Shown here: piece by piece, positions 37,166 to 47,291 of the stretch
Numbering within the stretch: the stretch's first letter is position 1
Layout of the letters: each line of letters starts with the position of its first letter
NCBI GenBank assembly: GCA_003136495.1
Contig: PLER01000046.1
Coordinates: 1 to 48,178, forward strand
Direction of reading: 5' to 3'
Length of the DNA stretch: 48,178 bases
Source: Acidimicrobiaceae bacterium
GTDB taxonomy: Bacteria; Actinomycetota; Acidimicrobiia; Acidimicrobiales; RAAP-2
Notes under the pieces: generated by a model
Database searches by the model: none
Told to the model about the DNA's origin: nothing
Seen by the model: only the letters and a program-made list of their open reading frames with translations
Program-made: the position numbers and the translations under genes

Positions 37166-38440
37166 TTACCCCTCCGCGCCGGCCTCGCGCAGCGCTCTCA
37201 CGTCCGCGACGTGGACGTCGCTGCGCGCGTCAAAGCGCCAGAGGGTGGGCAACGCGGCGGCGACCACACCGACCGAACCCGTGCACGCCAACCCGCCGAA
37301 GGTCAGGGAGAATCGCAACGTCGTCCAGGCCGCCATCAGGCCCGCACGGAACTGACCCGCGGTGGGCCCCAGGGAGTACGAGATCATCTCGATACCGGCC
37401 ATGCGCCCGCGCACCTCGGGCGGGATGGATTCGTTCCACATGGTGTTGCGGAACGTGAAACTGATCGCGTCGGCACCACCACCCACGGCGAGACCGAGGA
37501 CCACGACCCACAGTGACGAGGAGAACCCGAAGAGGGCGATGCCGAGTCCCCAGATCGCCGCGGCGATAACGATCGCCCTTCCGTAACGGTTGACCCGGCG
37601 AGTCCAGCGCGAGGTGAGCCCGGCCAGCAACGCTCCGGCCGGCAAGCCGCAGTAGAGGATCGAGAGCGCGTACGTCTCGTGAAAGCGTGCCGCCACGAAG
37701 GGCAGCATCACGACGGGGAAGGCGAGCACCATCGCGATCAGGTCGATGACGTAGGTGCCGATGATGTCGGGTCGGCTCCGGGCGTAGCGAACCCCGTCGC
37801 GCAAGTCGTCCACCACTCGCTCCCCTTTGGCTTCGGGGCGCGGTGTCGCCGAAAGCTGAGAGAGCAGATATAAAGAAAAGGAGAATGTCACGACGTTCGC
37901 GAAGTAGACCGAGCCCGGTCCGAACGCGACGGCCGCCAGCCCCCCGAGCGCGGGCCCGATGATCGAGGCGGTAGTGGAGCTCACGTTGGCGAGCGCCGCG
38001 GCCGAGCGCTGAAGGTCGAAGCTGACGAAGATCTGGTTGAGCGCCGAGACGCTCGGGGCCTGGAGACTTTCTGCGCCCGCCGCCACGGCGGCGTCGACGT
38101 AGAGGATCCAGGTCAACGGGTGGGGCAGCAGCGCATTAGTCAAGAGCATTGCGGTAGAGATCATCAAGACCACCTCCGTCGAGATGATCAGGCGTCGGCG
38201 ATTGAGGCGGTCCGCTAAGACGCCACCGTAGAGTCCGAAGACGACGAGGGGCGCCAGCTCGATGAGTCCGATTGAACCCACCGCCAACGTCGAGTGCGTC
38301 AGTAAGCGCAGTTGATACGGCACCGCGACGAAGGTCGCTTGTGAGCCCAACATCGAAATGAAGCCCGCCACGTAGAGCCGCCGATACTGCGCAGAACTCC
38401 GCAGCGGCGTGAGGTCGACGCCGACGAGTCGCTGACTCAC
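37166..38440 (-). CDS. MFS transporter, EntS-like
   Basis: VDLTPLR, GGVLADR.NRRR, YVIDLIAM..AFP, RGRMAG; GTG 38440 overlaps upstream stop. Confidence 0.85.
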   Translation of the reverse strand: MSQRLVGVDLTPLRSSAQYRRLYVAGFISMLGSQATFVAVPYQLRLLTHSTLAVGSIGLIELAPLVVFGLYGGVLADRLNRRRLIISTEVVLMISTAMLLTNALLPHPLTWILYVDAAVAAGAESLQAPSVSALNQIFVSFDLQRSAAALANVSSTTASIIGPALGGLAAVAFGPGSVYFANVVTFSFSLYLLSQLSATPRPEAKGERVVDDLRDGVRYARSRPDIIGTYVIDLIAMVLAFPVVMLPFVAARFHETYALSILYCGLPAGALLAGLTSRWTRRVNRYGRAIVIAAAIWGLGIALFGFSSSLWVVVLGLAVGGGADAISFTFRNTMWNESIPPEVRGRMAGIEMISYSLGPTAGQFRAGLMAAWTTLRFSLTFGGLACTGSVGVVAAALPTLWRFDARSDVHVADVRALREAGAEG

Positions 38441-39075
38441 GCGGGACCCGGTAGCCAACCCCCGTCGGGGTCGTAGTGCCGCACCACCTTGGCGGGCACG
38501 CCCGCGAGGACAACGAAGTCTGGGAACGTGCCACGCACGACAGCACCAGCGGCAACCGTAGTGTTGCGACCGAGCGTCGTGCCCGGCAGGACGACGACGT
38601 TGGCGCCTAGCCAACTCCCCGCGCCGATCTTGACCGCCGCCTCGCTGGGCGTCTGCCAACCGACCGGCTGATCAATGGCCTCATAGGAGTGGTTCTGGTC
38701 GGTGATGTAGACGTAGGGGCCGGTTTGAATCTCGTCACCGAGCTCGATTGACCAGTGCCCAATGATGTGCGAACCGCGTCCGATGATGCAGCGTTGACCG
38801 ATCGCCACGGTCGGTGTGGCGAGCATGGGTTGATCGCCATTGATTCCCGCGGTGAGACAGACGTTTGGCCCGATCAATGTTCCGTCGCCAATGGAGAGGT
38901 AACGCTCGTTGTAGATCACGCCCTGGGGCGCCATGACGGCCGCCCCACGCCCAAAGTAGAAGAACTTCTTGGCGTAGTCGTCGTCGGGCCCCACGGTCGC
39001 GATCTCGTTGACGTAACGCCGCCAGGCACGCACGCGCGAACCCAGGAGACGCTGAAACCTAAGACGCCACGTCAT
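38437..39075 (-). CDS. Left-handed beta-helix (hexapeptide-repeat) acyltransferase
   Basis: IGDGTLIG, ITDQNH, IGAGSWLG, AGAVV, AGVPAKVVR; TAGCGT 7 nt before ATG 39075. Confidence 0.85.
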   Translation of the reverse strand: MTWRLRFQRLLGSRVRAWRRYVNEIATVGPDDDYAKKFFYFGRGAAVMAPQGVIYNERYLSIGDGTLIGPNVCLTAGINGDQPMLATPTVAIGQRCIIGRGSHIIGHWSIELGDEIQTGPYVYITDQNHSYEAIDQPVGWQTPSEAAVKIGAGSWLGANVVVLPGTTLGRNTTVAAGAVVRGTFPDFVVLAGVPAKVVRHYDPDGGWLPGPA

Positions 39076-39130
39076 TTGGGCCACGCTACCGCCGACGCAC
39101 CGGCGCATCGTGACTCTGTAGCCTTCACTC

Positions 39131-40597
39131 ATGGTCCTCGACGTCGCGATCATCGGCTCAGGTTTTGGCGGACTCGGAGCGGCCATCCGGCTCCAGCAGG
39201 TGGACGTCACCAACATCGCGATCTTTGAGCGCGCTCGTGACCTCGGTGGGACGTGGCGCGACAACACCTATCCGGGGTGCCGCTGCGACGTGGGGAGCTA
39301 TCTCTACTCATTCTCCTTCGCCCCGAATCCCGCGTGGACGAACACCTACAGTTTCCAACCCGAGATCTGGCAGTACCTTCGCGACGTGGCCGACCGGTAC
39401 TCCATCAGCGACCTCATTCACTACGAACACGACGTCACCGATGTCGCCTTCGACGAGTCACGCCAACTCTGGCGACTCACCACGAGCAACGGCGAGTATC
39501 TCGCCAAGTGCGTCGTTCTCGCTACGGGAGCCCTGGCCGAGCCGCGTCTCCCCGACATCACGGGGATCGGCGACTTCACGGGAACGCTGATGCACACCGC
39601 CCAGTGGGACAGTACCGTTGAGCTCGCCGGTCAGCGCGTCGGGGTTATCGGTACAGGAGCGAGCGCTATTCAAACCGTGCCACAGATTGCGCCACTCGTG
39701 GCGTCCCTCGAGGTCTTCCAGCGCACGCCGTCGTGGATCTTGCCGCACCTCGGCCACCCGGTATTGGACCGAAGCAAGAAGTTCTTCGCCACGTTGCCGT
39801 TGGCGCAACGTGCGGTACGCGTGTGGGGATACTGGCGCCGCGAGTTGATGGTGCTCGGCTTCGTGAAAGACCCGCGTCGCATGACCAAAGCCGAAACGCT
39901 GTCACGCGAACACTTAGAGCGTCAGATAAAGGACGAGGCTCTTCGCGAGCGCTTCACACCGAACTATCGACTGGGTTGCAAGCGAGTGTTGATCAGCAAC
40001 GACTTCTATCCGGCATTCCGTAGAGACAACGTCACGCTGGTGACCGAGCCGATTGCCACGATCGAAAAGAAGGGCGTGCGTACCGCCGACGGAGTTCTTC
40101 ACGAACTCGACGTACTGATCGCGGCGACCGGCTTTTTCGTCACTGACAATCCGATGGGCGACAAGGTCCACGGCGTCCACGGTCAAGCCCTCGGCGATGC
40201 CAGTCACGGCAAACTTCCGCACTACCTCGGCACCGCCTTCCCGGACTTTCCGAACCTCTTCACGCTGGCCGGCCCGAACACTGGTCTCGGACACTCATCG
40301 ATCATCTTCATGCTCGAGAGCCAGCTCAACTACGTCACGCGCGCCATCAACGTCGCGCTCGAGAGCGACGCGCTCGTCGAACCAAAGGAGGACGCCGCCC
40401 AGCGCTGGACCAATTCGTTGCAGGAGAAGCTACCCACCACCGTGTGGGGAACGGGATGCGCGAGCTGGTATCTAAATGAGGCGGGCCACAACACGGTCAT
40501 CTGGCCGGACTTCACGTTCAAGTATCGACAGGCGACGCGTCGCTTCGACTCGAGCGATCACCGGGTTGTGGTGAAGACGACGTCGAGTTCCGACTAG
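39131..40597 (+). CDS. Flavin-containing monooxygenase (BVMO/FMO family)
   Basis: [41 protein letters not shown]. Confidence 0.92.
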   Translation: MVLDVAIIGSGFGGLGAAIRLQQVDVTNIAIFERARDLGGTWRDNTYPGCRCDVGSYLYSFSFAPNPAWTNTYSFQPEIWQYLRDVADRYSISDLIHYEHDVTDVAFDESRQLWRLTTSNGEYLAKCVVLATGALAEPRLPDITGIGDFTGTLMHTAQWDSTVELAGQRVGVIGTGASAIQTVPQIAPLVASLEVFQRTPSWILPHLGHPVLDRSKKFFATLPLAQRAVRVWGYWRRELMVLGFVKDPRRMTKAETLSREHLERQIKDEALRERFTPNYRLGCKRVLISNDFYPAFRRDNVTLVTEPIATIEKKGVRTADGVLHELDVLIAATGFFVTDNPMGDKVHGVHGQALGDASHGKLPHYLGTAFPDFPNLFTLAGPNTGLGHSSIIFMLESQLNYVTRAINVALESDALVEPKEDAAQRWTNSLQEKLPTTVWGTGCASWYLNEAGHNTVIWPDFTFKYRQATRRFDSSDHRVVVKTTSSSD

Positions 40598-42735
40598 TCC
40601 AAACTGATTGGCGTATCGACGTCGATGGCGTCGGTGGCGCCGACGACGTCGGGTATCAGCGCTTCGGCTAAGTGCGCGCGCACCCGCTCGTCGATCTCGG
40701 CCATCGTCTGAGGGTTCTCGCGAAGGAACGTCTTCACGTTCTCGCGACCTTGACCCATCTGTTCACCCTCGTAGGTGAACCAGGCGCCGGCCTTCTTCAC
40801 GAACCCGAGTTCGACTGCGACGTCGAGCACCGAGCCTTCCCGACTGATGCCATGCCCGTACATGATGTCAAACTCTGCCTGGCGGAAGGGCGCAGCGCAC
40901 TTGTTCTTTACGACCTTGACGCGAGTTCTGTTGCCGACGACCTCGGTCCCGTCCTTGATTGACTCAATGCGGCGGATATCAAGTCGAACAGAGGAATAGA
41001 ACTTCAAGGCGCGACCGCCTGGTGTTACTTCGGGCGAGTTATGAACGACCACTCCGTCTACGAAATAGTTGTGACTGTCCTCTACCTCAATGTCAAAACG
41101 GCGCATCGACGCTGCCCTGGGCTTCACTCGTATGTCAGTGACAGGCATGGCAATGAGCTCGTAGCTTGGCGACACAAACTCAGGCTCAACCTTGAAAAGT
41201 CCACGGAATCGCGGCAGAAGTTTGTAGTCCATACTTGGGTGGACGAATGGGGCGATTATCGCCTGAAACTTTGCCGACTCCGAGTTGGTGAACACCAGTA
41301 TCCACGACTTCTTAGCGCCGCTCTCTTTCAACTTGGCGTGAACGCCCCATGTATCGGCCAGGTAGGACACCAGGCGCTCGCGCGTCTTCGCCTCCATCGC
41401 CTCAACGCAAATGGTGATGCGTCCCGTCAATCCCACCGTTCGATCCTGGAGGCCCTTCGACCGGACAGTGAAGTTCGCATCGTCCATGTACCAGAGCGCA
41501 AGGGAGAGTGGTGTAAGGGTCTTCAGGTATTCATCGTCAAAAACTTTCCTTCCGTCGACATAGACATTCTGTCGAAGACTTGCCAGTTCTGGGAGCGGCT
41601 TGAAGTCGATCGTAACAACCTGATCCTTACGAACTTGGCGGCTTGAATCGATGTTGCCGAAGAGTGAGGCTTTCCATTGGGCATATTCCGCTTGAGCTCC
41701 GCAATGCGAGAACCGAATCCGACCGGCATGTCCACTCTGCGATGGCGAAATTGCTCCATCGCCCATCAACGTCCCGCGGAGTGCAACCCTTTGGAAATCT
41801 GAAAGTCGAGACGGCACTGCCTCAAGCACGCGATCGCCAACCTTCAATTTTCCAGCCTCAATCCAACCGCCGGGCGTGCGGATAAGGTGATTTGAAGTGC
41901 ACGCCAACTGCGACTGACGGCTTCTCGTAGGATTTTCCACTGTAATCTGAAGAAACTCATCTGTTCGGCCGTTGTCGAACCAATTGACTACTTGCTTCGG
42001 AACCACGGAACCGCTTTTGGCATCGAAAGAAAGCACTTCGACTGGAAGTTTCTGGTTCACGATCTTTCCAATTTTTTCCGTCGTGCCGTCGGCGAGAACT
42101 ACTTGAGAGTGGTAGTCAAAACACCCGTAAATGACCCCTATTTTCTCACGAAGCTGATTGATGAAAATCGCCACGGTGTTGGACTTGGAAAGTCCGCCGG
42201 TCAACTTACGAAGAGCCTGGCTCATGAGTCGGGCCTGAAGGCCCACGTGACTGTCTCCCATGTCGCCTTCAATCTCCGCGCGTGGCGTCAGTGCCGCGAC
42301 CGAGTCGATGACGATGACGTCAAGCGCACCCGATCTGATCAACATGTCGACGATTTCGAGCGCCTGTTCACCAGTGTCGGGCTGGCTGATCAACAAGTCG
42401 TCGACGTTCACGCCAATGGCGCGCGCGTAGACCGGGTCCATCGCGTGCTCCGCGTCGATGTAGGCACAGACCCCACCGTTACGCTGCGCTTCGGCGACCA
42501 CGTGCATCGCCAAGGTCGACTTACCAGAGGACTCGGGGCCGTAGAGCTCGACGATGCGACCGCGGGGCAGTCCCCCGATGCCGAGAGCCATGTCGAGCGC
42601 GAGGGCGCCCGTCGGAATGGACTCGATGTTGAAGTTCATGTTCTCGCCCATGCGCATGATCGAGCCTTTGCCGAACTGCTTTTCGATCTGGCCGAGCGCG
42701 GCGTCGAGAGCCTTTGCGCGATCGTCGGTTGCCAT
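40594..42735 (-). CDS. recA: Recombinase A precursor containing an intein
   Basis: [38 protein letters not shown] | intein | SPE.TPGG.ALKFY; AAGGAGA RBS before ATG 42735. Confidence 0.97.
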   Translation of the reverse strand: MATDDRAKALDAALGQIEKQFGKGSIMRMGENMNFNIESIPTGALALDMALGIGGLPRGRIVELYGPESSGKSTLAMHVVAEAQRNGGVCAYIDAEHAMDPVYARAIGVNVDDLLISQPDTGEQALEIVDMLIRSGALDVIVIDSVAALTPRAEIEGDMGDSHVGLQARLMSQALRKLTGGLSKSNTVAIFINQLREKIGVIYGCFDYHSQVVLADGTTEKIGKIVNQKLPVEVLSFDAKSGSVVPKQVVNWFDNGRTDEFLQITVENPTRSRQSQLACTSNHLIRTPGGWIEAGKLKVGDRVLEAVPSRLSDFQRVALRGTLMGDGAISPSQSGHAGRIRFSHCGAQAEYAQWKASLFGNIDSSRQVRKDQVVTIDFKPLPELASLRQNVYVDGRKVFDDEYLKTLTPLSLALWYMDDANFTVRSKGLQDRTVGLTGRITICVEAMEAKTRERLVSYLADTWGVHAKLKESGAKKSWILVFTNSESAKFQAIIAPFVHPSMDYKLLPRFRGLFKVEPEFVSPSYELIAMPVTDIRVKPRAASMRRFDIEVEDSHNYFVDGVVVHNSPEVTPGGRALKFYSSVRLDIRRIESIKDGTEVVGNRTRVKVVKNKCAAPFRQAEFDIMYGHGISREGSVLDVAVELGFVKKAGAWFTYEGEQMGQGRENVKTFLRENPQTMAEIDERVRAHLAEALIPDVVGATDAIDVDTPISLD
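41038..42123 (-). mobile_element. Intein (362 aa) with LAGLIDADG homing endonuclease domain, at the RecA-b site
   Basis: Starts at Cys after KIGVIYG ([13 protein letters not shown]); block B CTSNHLI; LRGTLMGDG and LALWYMDDA; block [16 protein letters not shown]; ends VVHN followed by Ser. Confidence 0.95.
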
Positions 42736-42815
42736 TGCTGTCTCCTTGTTCTTCATCAGAGGCACGCTAGGTACCCGCTGTCACATCGGTCGGTCGTCCG
42801 CTGCTTTCACTGTAG

Positions 42816-42833
42816 TACGAACACTTGTTCGTA
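42816..42833. promoter_or_regulatory. LexA (Gram-positive/actinobacterial SOS) box upstream of recA
   Basis: TA-CGAAC-ACTT-GTTCG-TA matches CGAAC-N4-GTTCG; minus-strand -10 TACAGT adjacent at 42814-42809. Confidence 0.9.
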
Positions 42834-42858
42834 GAAGGCATTTGTGGGGACTTTTCGC

Positions 42859-44088
42859 CTAATCGTCGAGGGCTTGGTAGACGAGTCGCTGGAGTTCCCG
42901 TCGGATCGGATACGTCGTGCTCGGCAGTAACTGGGTGTAGAAACCGACCGTCAAGTCCTCAACCGGGTCCACCCAGAACGCAGTTGAAGCCGCACCGCCC
43001 CAGGCGAAGGTGCCCTCTGAGACCAGGGACTTGTTCTTACGCCGATCCGTGACGACGGACATGCCAAAACCGAAGCCCACGCCCGCGTAACTGGACTCAG
43101 AGAAGGAGTCGGTCGCGTAAGTTTCGAGGTCGACGTCACCGGGCAGATGGTTCTCCGTCATGAGGTCAACGCTTCGAGACGAGAGAAGCCGTACGCCGTC
43201 AAGTTCCCCGCCGCGCAGCAACATCGTCATGAACCGGTCGTAGTCGTAGGCCGTCGAGAGCAGCCCGCCCCCGCCGCCGAGGAGACCTGGCGGGTGCAGG
43301 GAGGCCTTCGCCCAGTCCGCCATCGCTATGGCTTCGCCCTTCTTCGGTACGTAGAGCATCGCCAGTCGATCCGTCTTCTCCGGCGGACACCACCACTCGG
43401 TGTCCGCCATCCCGAGGGGGTCGAAGATGCGTTCCTTCATGAAGACGTCGAGCGGCTGTCCACTCCAGATCTCGACGAGGCGACCCAACACGTCAAAGGA
43501 CACCGAGTAGTTCCACTGCGAGCCCGGTTGAAAGAGCAGCGGGCTGGTGCACCAGTCGTCGACCGCTTCTGCCAACGTGGCCCCGTGCTTGAAGACGAAG
43601 TCGTAGCCCTTGTTGCGGTAGATCTCGTCAACGGGGTGCGCGTACTGGAATCCATAAGTGAGACCGCTGGTGTGCATGAGGAGGTGGTGAATGCGCACCG
43701 GTTCTATCGCGCCCACCGTCTCTGGACTGGTCGGTGTACCCCCGGACCACACGCGCGACTCGCGCAGTGAATCTATCCACCTACCTGCTTCGTCGTTGAG
43801 ATCGAACAGGCCTTCCTCATAGAGCATCATCACCGCGAGCGCCGTGAGGGGCTTGGTCATGGAGAAGATCCGCCAGATGGTGTCGTCAGCGACGTCGAGC
43901 CCACGCTCGCGGTCGCGCAGTCCCCCGCGGCCCGTCCACGCGAGTTGTCCACCACGTGAGACGGTCGCCAGCCAACCGGCGAGACGGCGATCCTCGACGT
44001 AGCGATCAAAGTGCGGCGCGATGCGCGCGAGGCGCTCGGGTGAAAAACCAAACGCCCGCGCGTCGTCACCCACCTTCAGTACCGACAT
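42859..44088 (-). CDS. Serine hydrolase, beta-lactamase family (esterase-like)
   Basis: FSMTK (SxxK), LLMHTSGL, PL.FQPG..WNYS, WGGAAST.FWVDP. Confidence 0.88.
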   Translation of the reverse strand: MSVLKVGDDARAFGFSPERLARIAPHFDRYVEDRRLAGWLATVSRGGQLAWTGRGGLRDRERGLDVADDTIWRIFSMTKPLTALAVMMLYEEGLFDLNDEAGRWIDSLRESRVWSGGTPTSPETVGAIEPVRIHHLLMHTSGLTYGFQYAHPVDEIYRNKGYDFVFKHGATLAEAVDDWCTSPLLFQPGSQWNYSVSFDVLGRLVEIWSGQPLDVFMKERIFDPLGMADTEWWCPPEKTDRLAMLYVPKKGEAIAMADWAKASLHPPGLLGGGGGLLSTAYDYDRFMTMLLRGGELDGVRLLSSRSVDLMTENHLPGDVDLETYATDSFSESSYAGVGFGFGMSVVTDRRKNKSLVSEGTFAWGGAASTAFWVDPVEDLTVGFYTQLLPSTTYPIRRELQRLVYQALDD

Positions 44089-44111
44089 GACCACCTCGCT
44101 TTCTTTTGAGA

Positions 44112-45389
44112 TTACGTGAGTGGCGCGGCGACGCTAGAACGCTCCAGGGCGCGCCGTAGTACGTCAAGGGCGCTGATAGCGCTGTAGGCGCGCACGCGAG
44201 GCCGGTCCCCGGGCAGGTGCAGCTGCACACTCGAGAGCTCGCCCTCGAGGTCGAGTCCGACGAACACCGTGCCCGCCGCCTGGCCGTCTTGCTCCTCGGG
44301 TCCCGCGACCCCGGTCACACTGAGCCCGACGTCGGACTTCAAGAGTCGTCGCACGCCACTGGCCATCGCCTCCGCGGCGGCGGCCGAGACGACGGGCCCT
44401 TCGGGCACACCCAAGACGTCGAACTTCACTTCGGACGCGTAACTGACGACGCCTCCACGAAACCACGCCGACGCACCGGGCACGTTCACGAGCCGACTCG
44501 CGATGAGCCCACCTGTCAAGGACTCCGCCACGGCGAGGGTCGCACCGCGGGCCAAGAGCTGCGCGGCGACGACGTGCTCCATTGTCTGATCGTCGACGCC
44601 AAAGATGATCTCGCCGAGCTTCGATTCGATCATCGCGCGAACGGTCTTCTCCTCCCCCGAGAGGAGCGCCTCGGCCTGCGCGTCGTCCTCACCGCGAGCT
44701 GTCAAGCGCACCTTGATGCCTTCGATGCCCGAGGCCAAGAACGCGATCGTCACCCCACCCCCGTTGGCGAGGGCGTCGAATCGCTCGGCGACCGCCTCGG
44801 CCAAGGCGGACTCACTGGCCCCCCAGGTACGCAGTACGCGACTGCGGATCACCGAGGTTTCGCCCGCCTGACGTTGGCGCTCCAACAGGTCGGGCAAAAT
44901 GGCGCGCTCGAACATGTCGCTCATCTCGTAGGGCACGCCGGGCACCGCGTAGACGACTTTCTGGCCGACGCGACAGATGAGTCCCGGCGCGGTTCCCCTG
45001 GTCTGGGGGATGATCGTCGCCCCGCGCGGCACGTCCGCCTGGAGGAGGTTGTTGTCGGGCATCGTGCGCCCCCGCGTCTCGAACATCGTGCGAATCGTCG
45101 CCACCAACGCGTCGTCGCGATCGAGGGGCACGTTCATCACCTCGGCCAGCGCCGCGCGGGTGATGTCATCTTGAGTGGGACCCAGGCCCCCGCAGACGAT
45201 CATCGCGTCAGCGCGCGCGAGGGCGGTACGAAAGGCCAACACGATGCGTTCGTGGTTGTCCCCGACGTGCTGGTGGAAGTGCGACGTGATGCCGTTCGCC
45301 GCGAGGCGTTCGCCGAGCCACTGGGAGTTGGTGTCGGGGATCTGACCAAGCAGTAATTCCGTTCCGACCGCGACGATCTCAACCCGCAC
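44112..45389 (-). CDS. cinA: CinA (MocF domain + NMN deamidase domain)
   Basis: VGTELLLG..DTN, GGLGPT.DD.T, PGVP.EM, AESLTGG, PGAS, TGVAGP. Confidence 0.93.
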   Translation of the reverse strand: MRVEIVAVGTELLLGQIPDTNSQWLGERLAANGITSHFHQHVGDNHERIVLAFRTALARADAMIVCGGLGPTQDDITRAALAEVMNVPLDRDDALVATIRTMFETRGRTMPDNNLLQADVPRGATIIPQTRGTAPGLICRVGQKVVYAVPGVPYEMSDMFERAILPDLLERQRQAGETSVIRSRVLRTWGASESALAEAVAERFDALANGGGVTIAFLASGIEGIKVRLTARGEDDAQAEALLSGEEKTVRAMIESKLGEIIFGVDDQTMEHVVAAQLLARGATLAVAESLTGGLIASRLVNVPGASAWFRGGVVSYASEVKFDVLGVPEGPVVSAAAAEAMASGVRRLLKSDVGLSVTGVAGPEEQDGQAAGTVFVGLDLEGELSSVQLHLPGDRPRVRAYSAISALDVLRRALERSSVAAPLT

Positions 45390-45951
45390 GCGCGACGACC
45401 CTGCTCTTCGAGTGGTAGTACTGCCAACCGGTGTAGAGCGTCATCGCAACGGCGAGCCATATGGTCACGAAGGCGAAGATCGGGTGATGCCCGGTGAAGG
45501 GCAGCACGCAAAAGCCAATCGCCCAGTCTTGGACGAAGGTCTTCCACTTCGCCAAGCGACTCGCGGGGATCGAGACCCCGTGCTTGGCCGAGCGCGCGCG
45601 ATAGACGCTCATACCGATCTCGCGCAAGGTGATGAGGATCGCGGGCACGATGAAGAAGGTCAGCCCGTGGGGCCGAGAGATGATCATCGCGTACAGCGCC
45701 CCGAGCACGACGACCTTGTCAGCTAGCGGGTCGAGGAAGGCGCCCGAGGTCGTGGTGCCGTGCCGACGCGCGACGATGCCGTCGAAGTAGTCCGACGCAC
45801 CGACGGCGAGCCCGACGGCCACCGTCCACCAACTGATCCGGTCGAAGATGATCAGGTAAATGAAAAATGGCGCGGCCACGAGCCGAAACGCCGTCATGAG
45901 ATTCGCTGGGGTCAGCAGCGCACTCGGACCGTAGGTGTGCTCGTTACTCAC
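45379..45951 (-). CDS. pgsA: CDP-alcohol phosphatidyltransferase (PGP synthase)
   Basis: DYFDGIVARR.G...GAFLDPLADK signature; conserved rimO-pgsA-cinA order. Confidence 0.88.
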   Translation of the reverse strand: MSNEHTYGPSALLTPANLMTAFRLVAAPFFIYLIIFDRISWWTVAVGLAVGASDYFDGIVARRHGTTTSGAFLDPLADKVVVLGALYAMIISRPHGLTFFIVPAILITLREIGMSVYRARSAKHGVSIPASRLAKWKTFVQDWAIGFCVLPFTGHHPIFAFVTIWLAVAMTLYTGWQYYHSKSRVVARAG

Positions 45952-47248
45952 AGACCACCGCCTCGACGTCAGTGCCGTGGCTCGCCACGATCTCGCACTC
46001 CACCATCGACCCCACCATAAGAGCCGGGTCTATCATGACCACGCCGTCGATTTCTGGACACTCACGCACGCTGCGCCCGATGCCCGGCGCGTCGACGAGA
46101 ATCTGTGCGCGCGTACCCACCAGGAGGTCGCGCTTCTTCGCGGTGATGGTGTCTTGGAGCTCGGAGACCTCCCGCAACCGTTCGAGCGCGAGCTCGTGGC
46201 TGACGGGAGCGTCGAGGTCGTTCGCGTAGGTGCCCACTTCGGAGGAAAAGGTGAAGAACCCGGCCCAGTCAAGCTGCGCCGCTTCGATGAACTCGAGCAA
46301 CACTCGCTGGTCGTCCTCGGTCTCGCCGGGATAGCCCAGGATGAACGACGAGCGGAACGTCGCGTCGGGTTCAACGCGGCGGATGGCGGCGATGCGTTCC
46401 AAAAAGCGATCCCCGTCACCCCAGCGACGCATCGCGCGCAACAGGGGCCGCGAGGCGTGTTGTAAGGAGAGGTCGAAGTAGGGCACGTTCGTCGCCAGGA
46501 TCGTCTCGATGAGTCGTTGGGTCAGTCCCGAGGGGTAGAGGTAGAGCAGGCGGACGCGATCGACCTCTCGAGCGAGGGCGTTGGTCAACTCGATGAGCGG
46601 CTGCGTGCCACCCTCGTCGAGCACCTCCACGGCCTCCCCGCGTCCCGCGCGCTTGCGGTCGTGTCCCCAACTCGCGAGGTCCTGCGCGATCAATACGATC
46701 TCGCGGACACCGCCCTCGACGAGGGAGCGCGATTCGCTCATGATCTCCGCGGTCGAGCGAGAGCGTTGGTCGCCGCGGAAGGTCGGGATCGCGCAGAATC
46801 CGCAACGTCGGTCACAGCCTTCGGCGATCTTGACGTACGCCCAGGGCGCGCGGGACTTCGGGCGTGGCAAGTTCAACAGATCGAAGGCGGGTACCGGCCG
46901 GGCGCGCAGACTCACCGGCACCGAGGAGGCCGTCAGGCTCTCGCCGAAGCCCGCGACGAGGTCGACTTCGGGGAGGGCCGTCGCGAGTTCATCGCCGTAG
47001 CGCTCGGCCATACAGCCGGTCACCACCAATCGTGCGCCCTCGCGCTTGCGATCGGCTAAGTCGAGGACCGTCTCGATCGACTCCTCACGGGCCGCTTCGA
47101 TGAAGGCGCAGGTGTTGGCGACCACGAGGTCGGCGGCGTCGGGGCTCGCAGCGACGAGGTAGCCCTGGGACTCCAAGAGTCCCGCCAACTTGTCCGAGTC
47201 GACGTGGTTCTTCGGGCACCCGAGGGTCTCGATCCAGTACCTCACCAC
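45944..47248 (-). CDS. rimO: Ribosomal protein S12 methylthiotransferase
   Basis: LGCPKN.VDS, NTCAFI, GCMAERY, CDRRCGFC radical-SAM motif, RLLYLYP, PEIDG. Confidence 0.93.
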   Translation of the reverse strand: MVRYWIETLGCPKNHVDSDKLAGLLESQGYLVAASPDAADLVVANTCAFIEAAREESIETVLDLADRKREGARLVVTGCMAERYGDELATALPEVDLVAGFGESLTASSVPVSLRARPVPAFDLLNLPRPKSRAPWAYVKIAEGCDRRCGFCAIPTFRGDQRSRSTAEIMSESRSLVEGGVREIVLIAQDLASWGHDRKRAGRGEAVEVLDEGGTQPLIELTNALAREVDRVRLLYLYPSGLTQRLIETILATNVPYFDLSLQHASRPLLRAMRRWGDGDRFLERIAAIRRVEPDATFRSSFILGYPGETEDDQRVLLEFIEAAQLDWAGFFTFSSEVGTYANDLDAPVSHELALERLREVSELQDTITAKKRDLLVGTRAQILVDAPGIGRSVRECPEIDGVVMIDPALMVGSMVECEIVASHGTDVEAVVCE

Positions 47249-47291
47249 GTTCCCTTCAGAAGACGCCGAGCGCGACGCGCTCGGTACTTTG

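Noticed and set aside
42859-44088. Beta-lactam resistance gene
   Set aside because: No signal peptide; motifs fit cytoplasmic family VIII esterase-like hydrolases.
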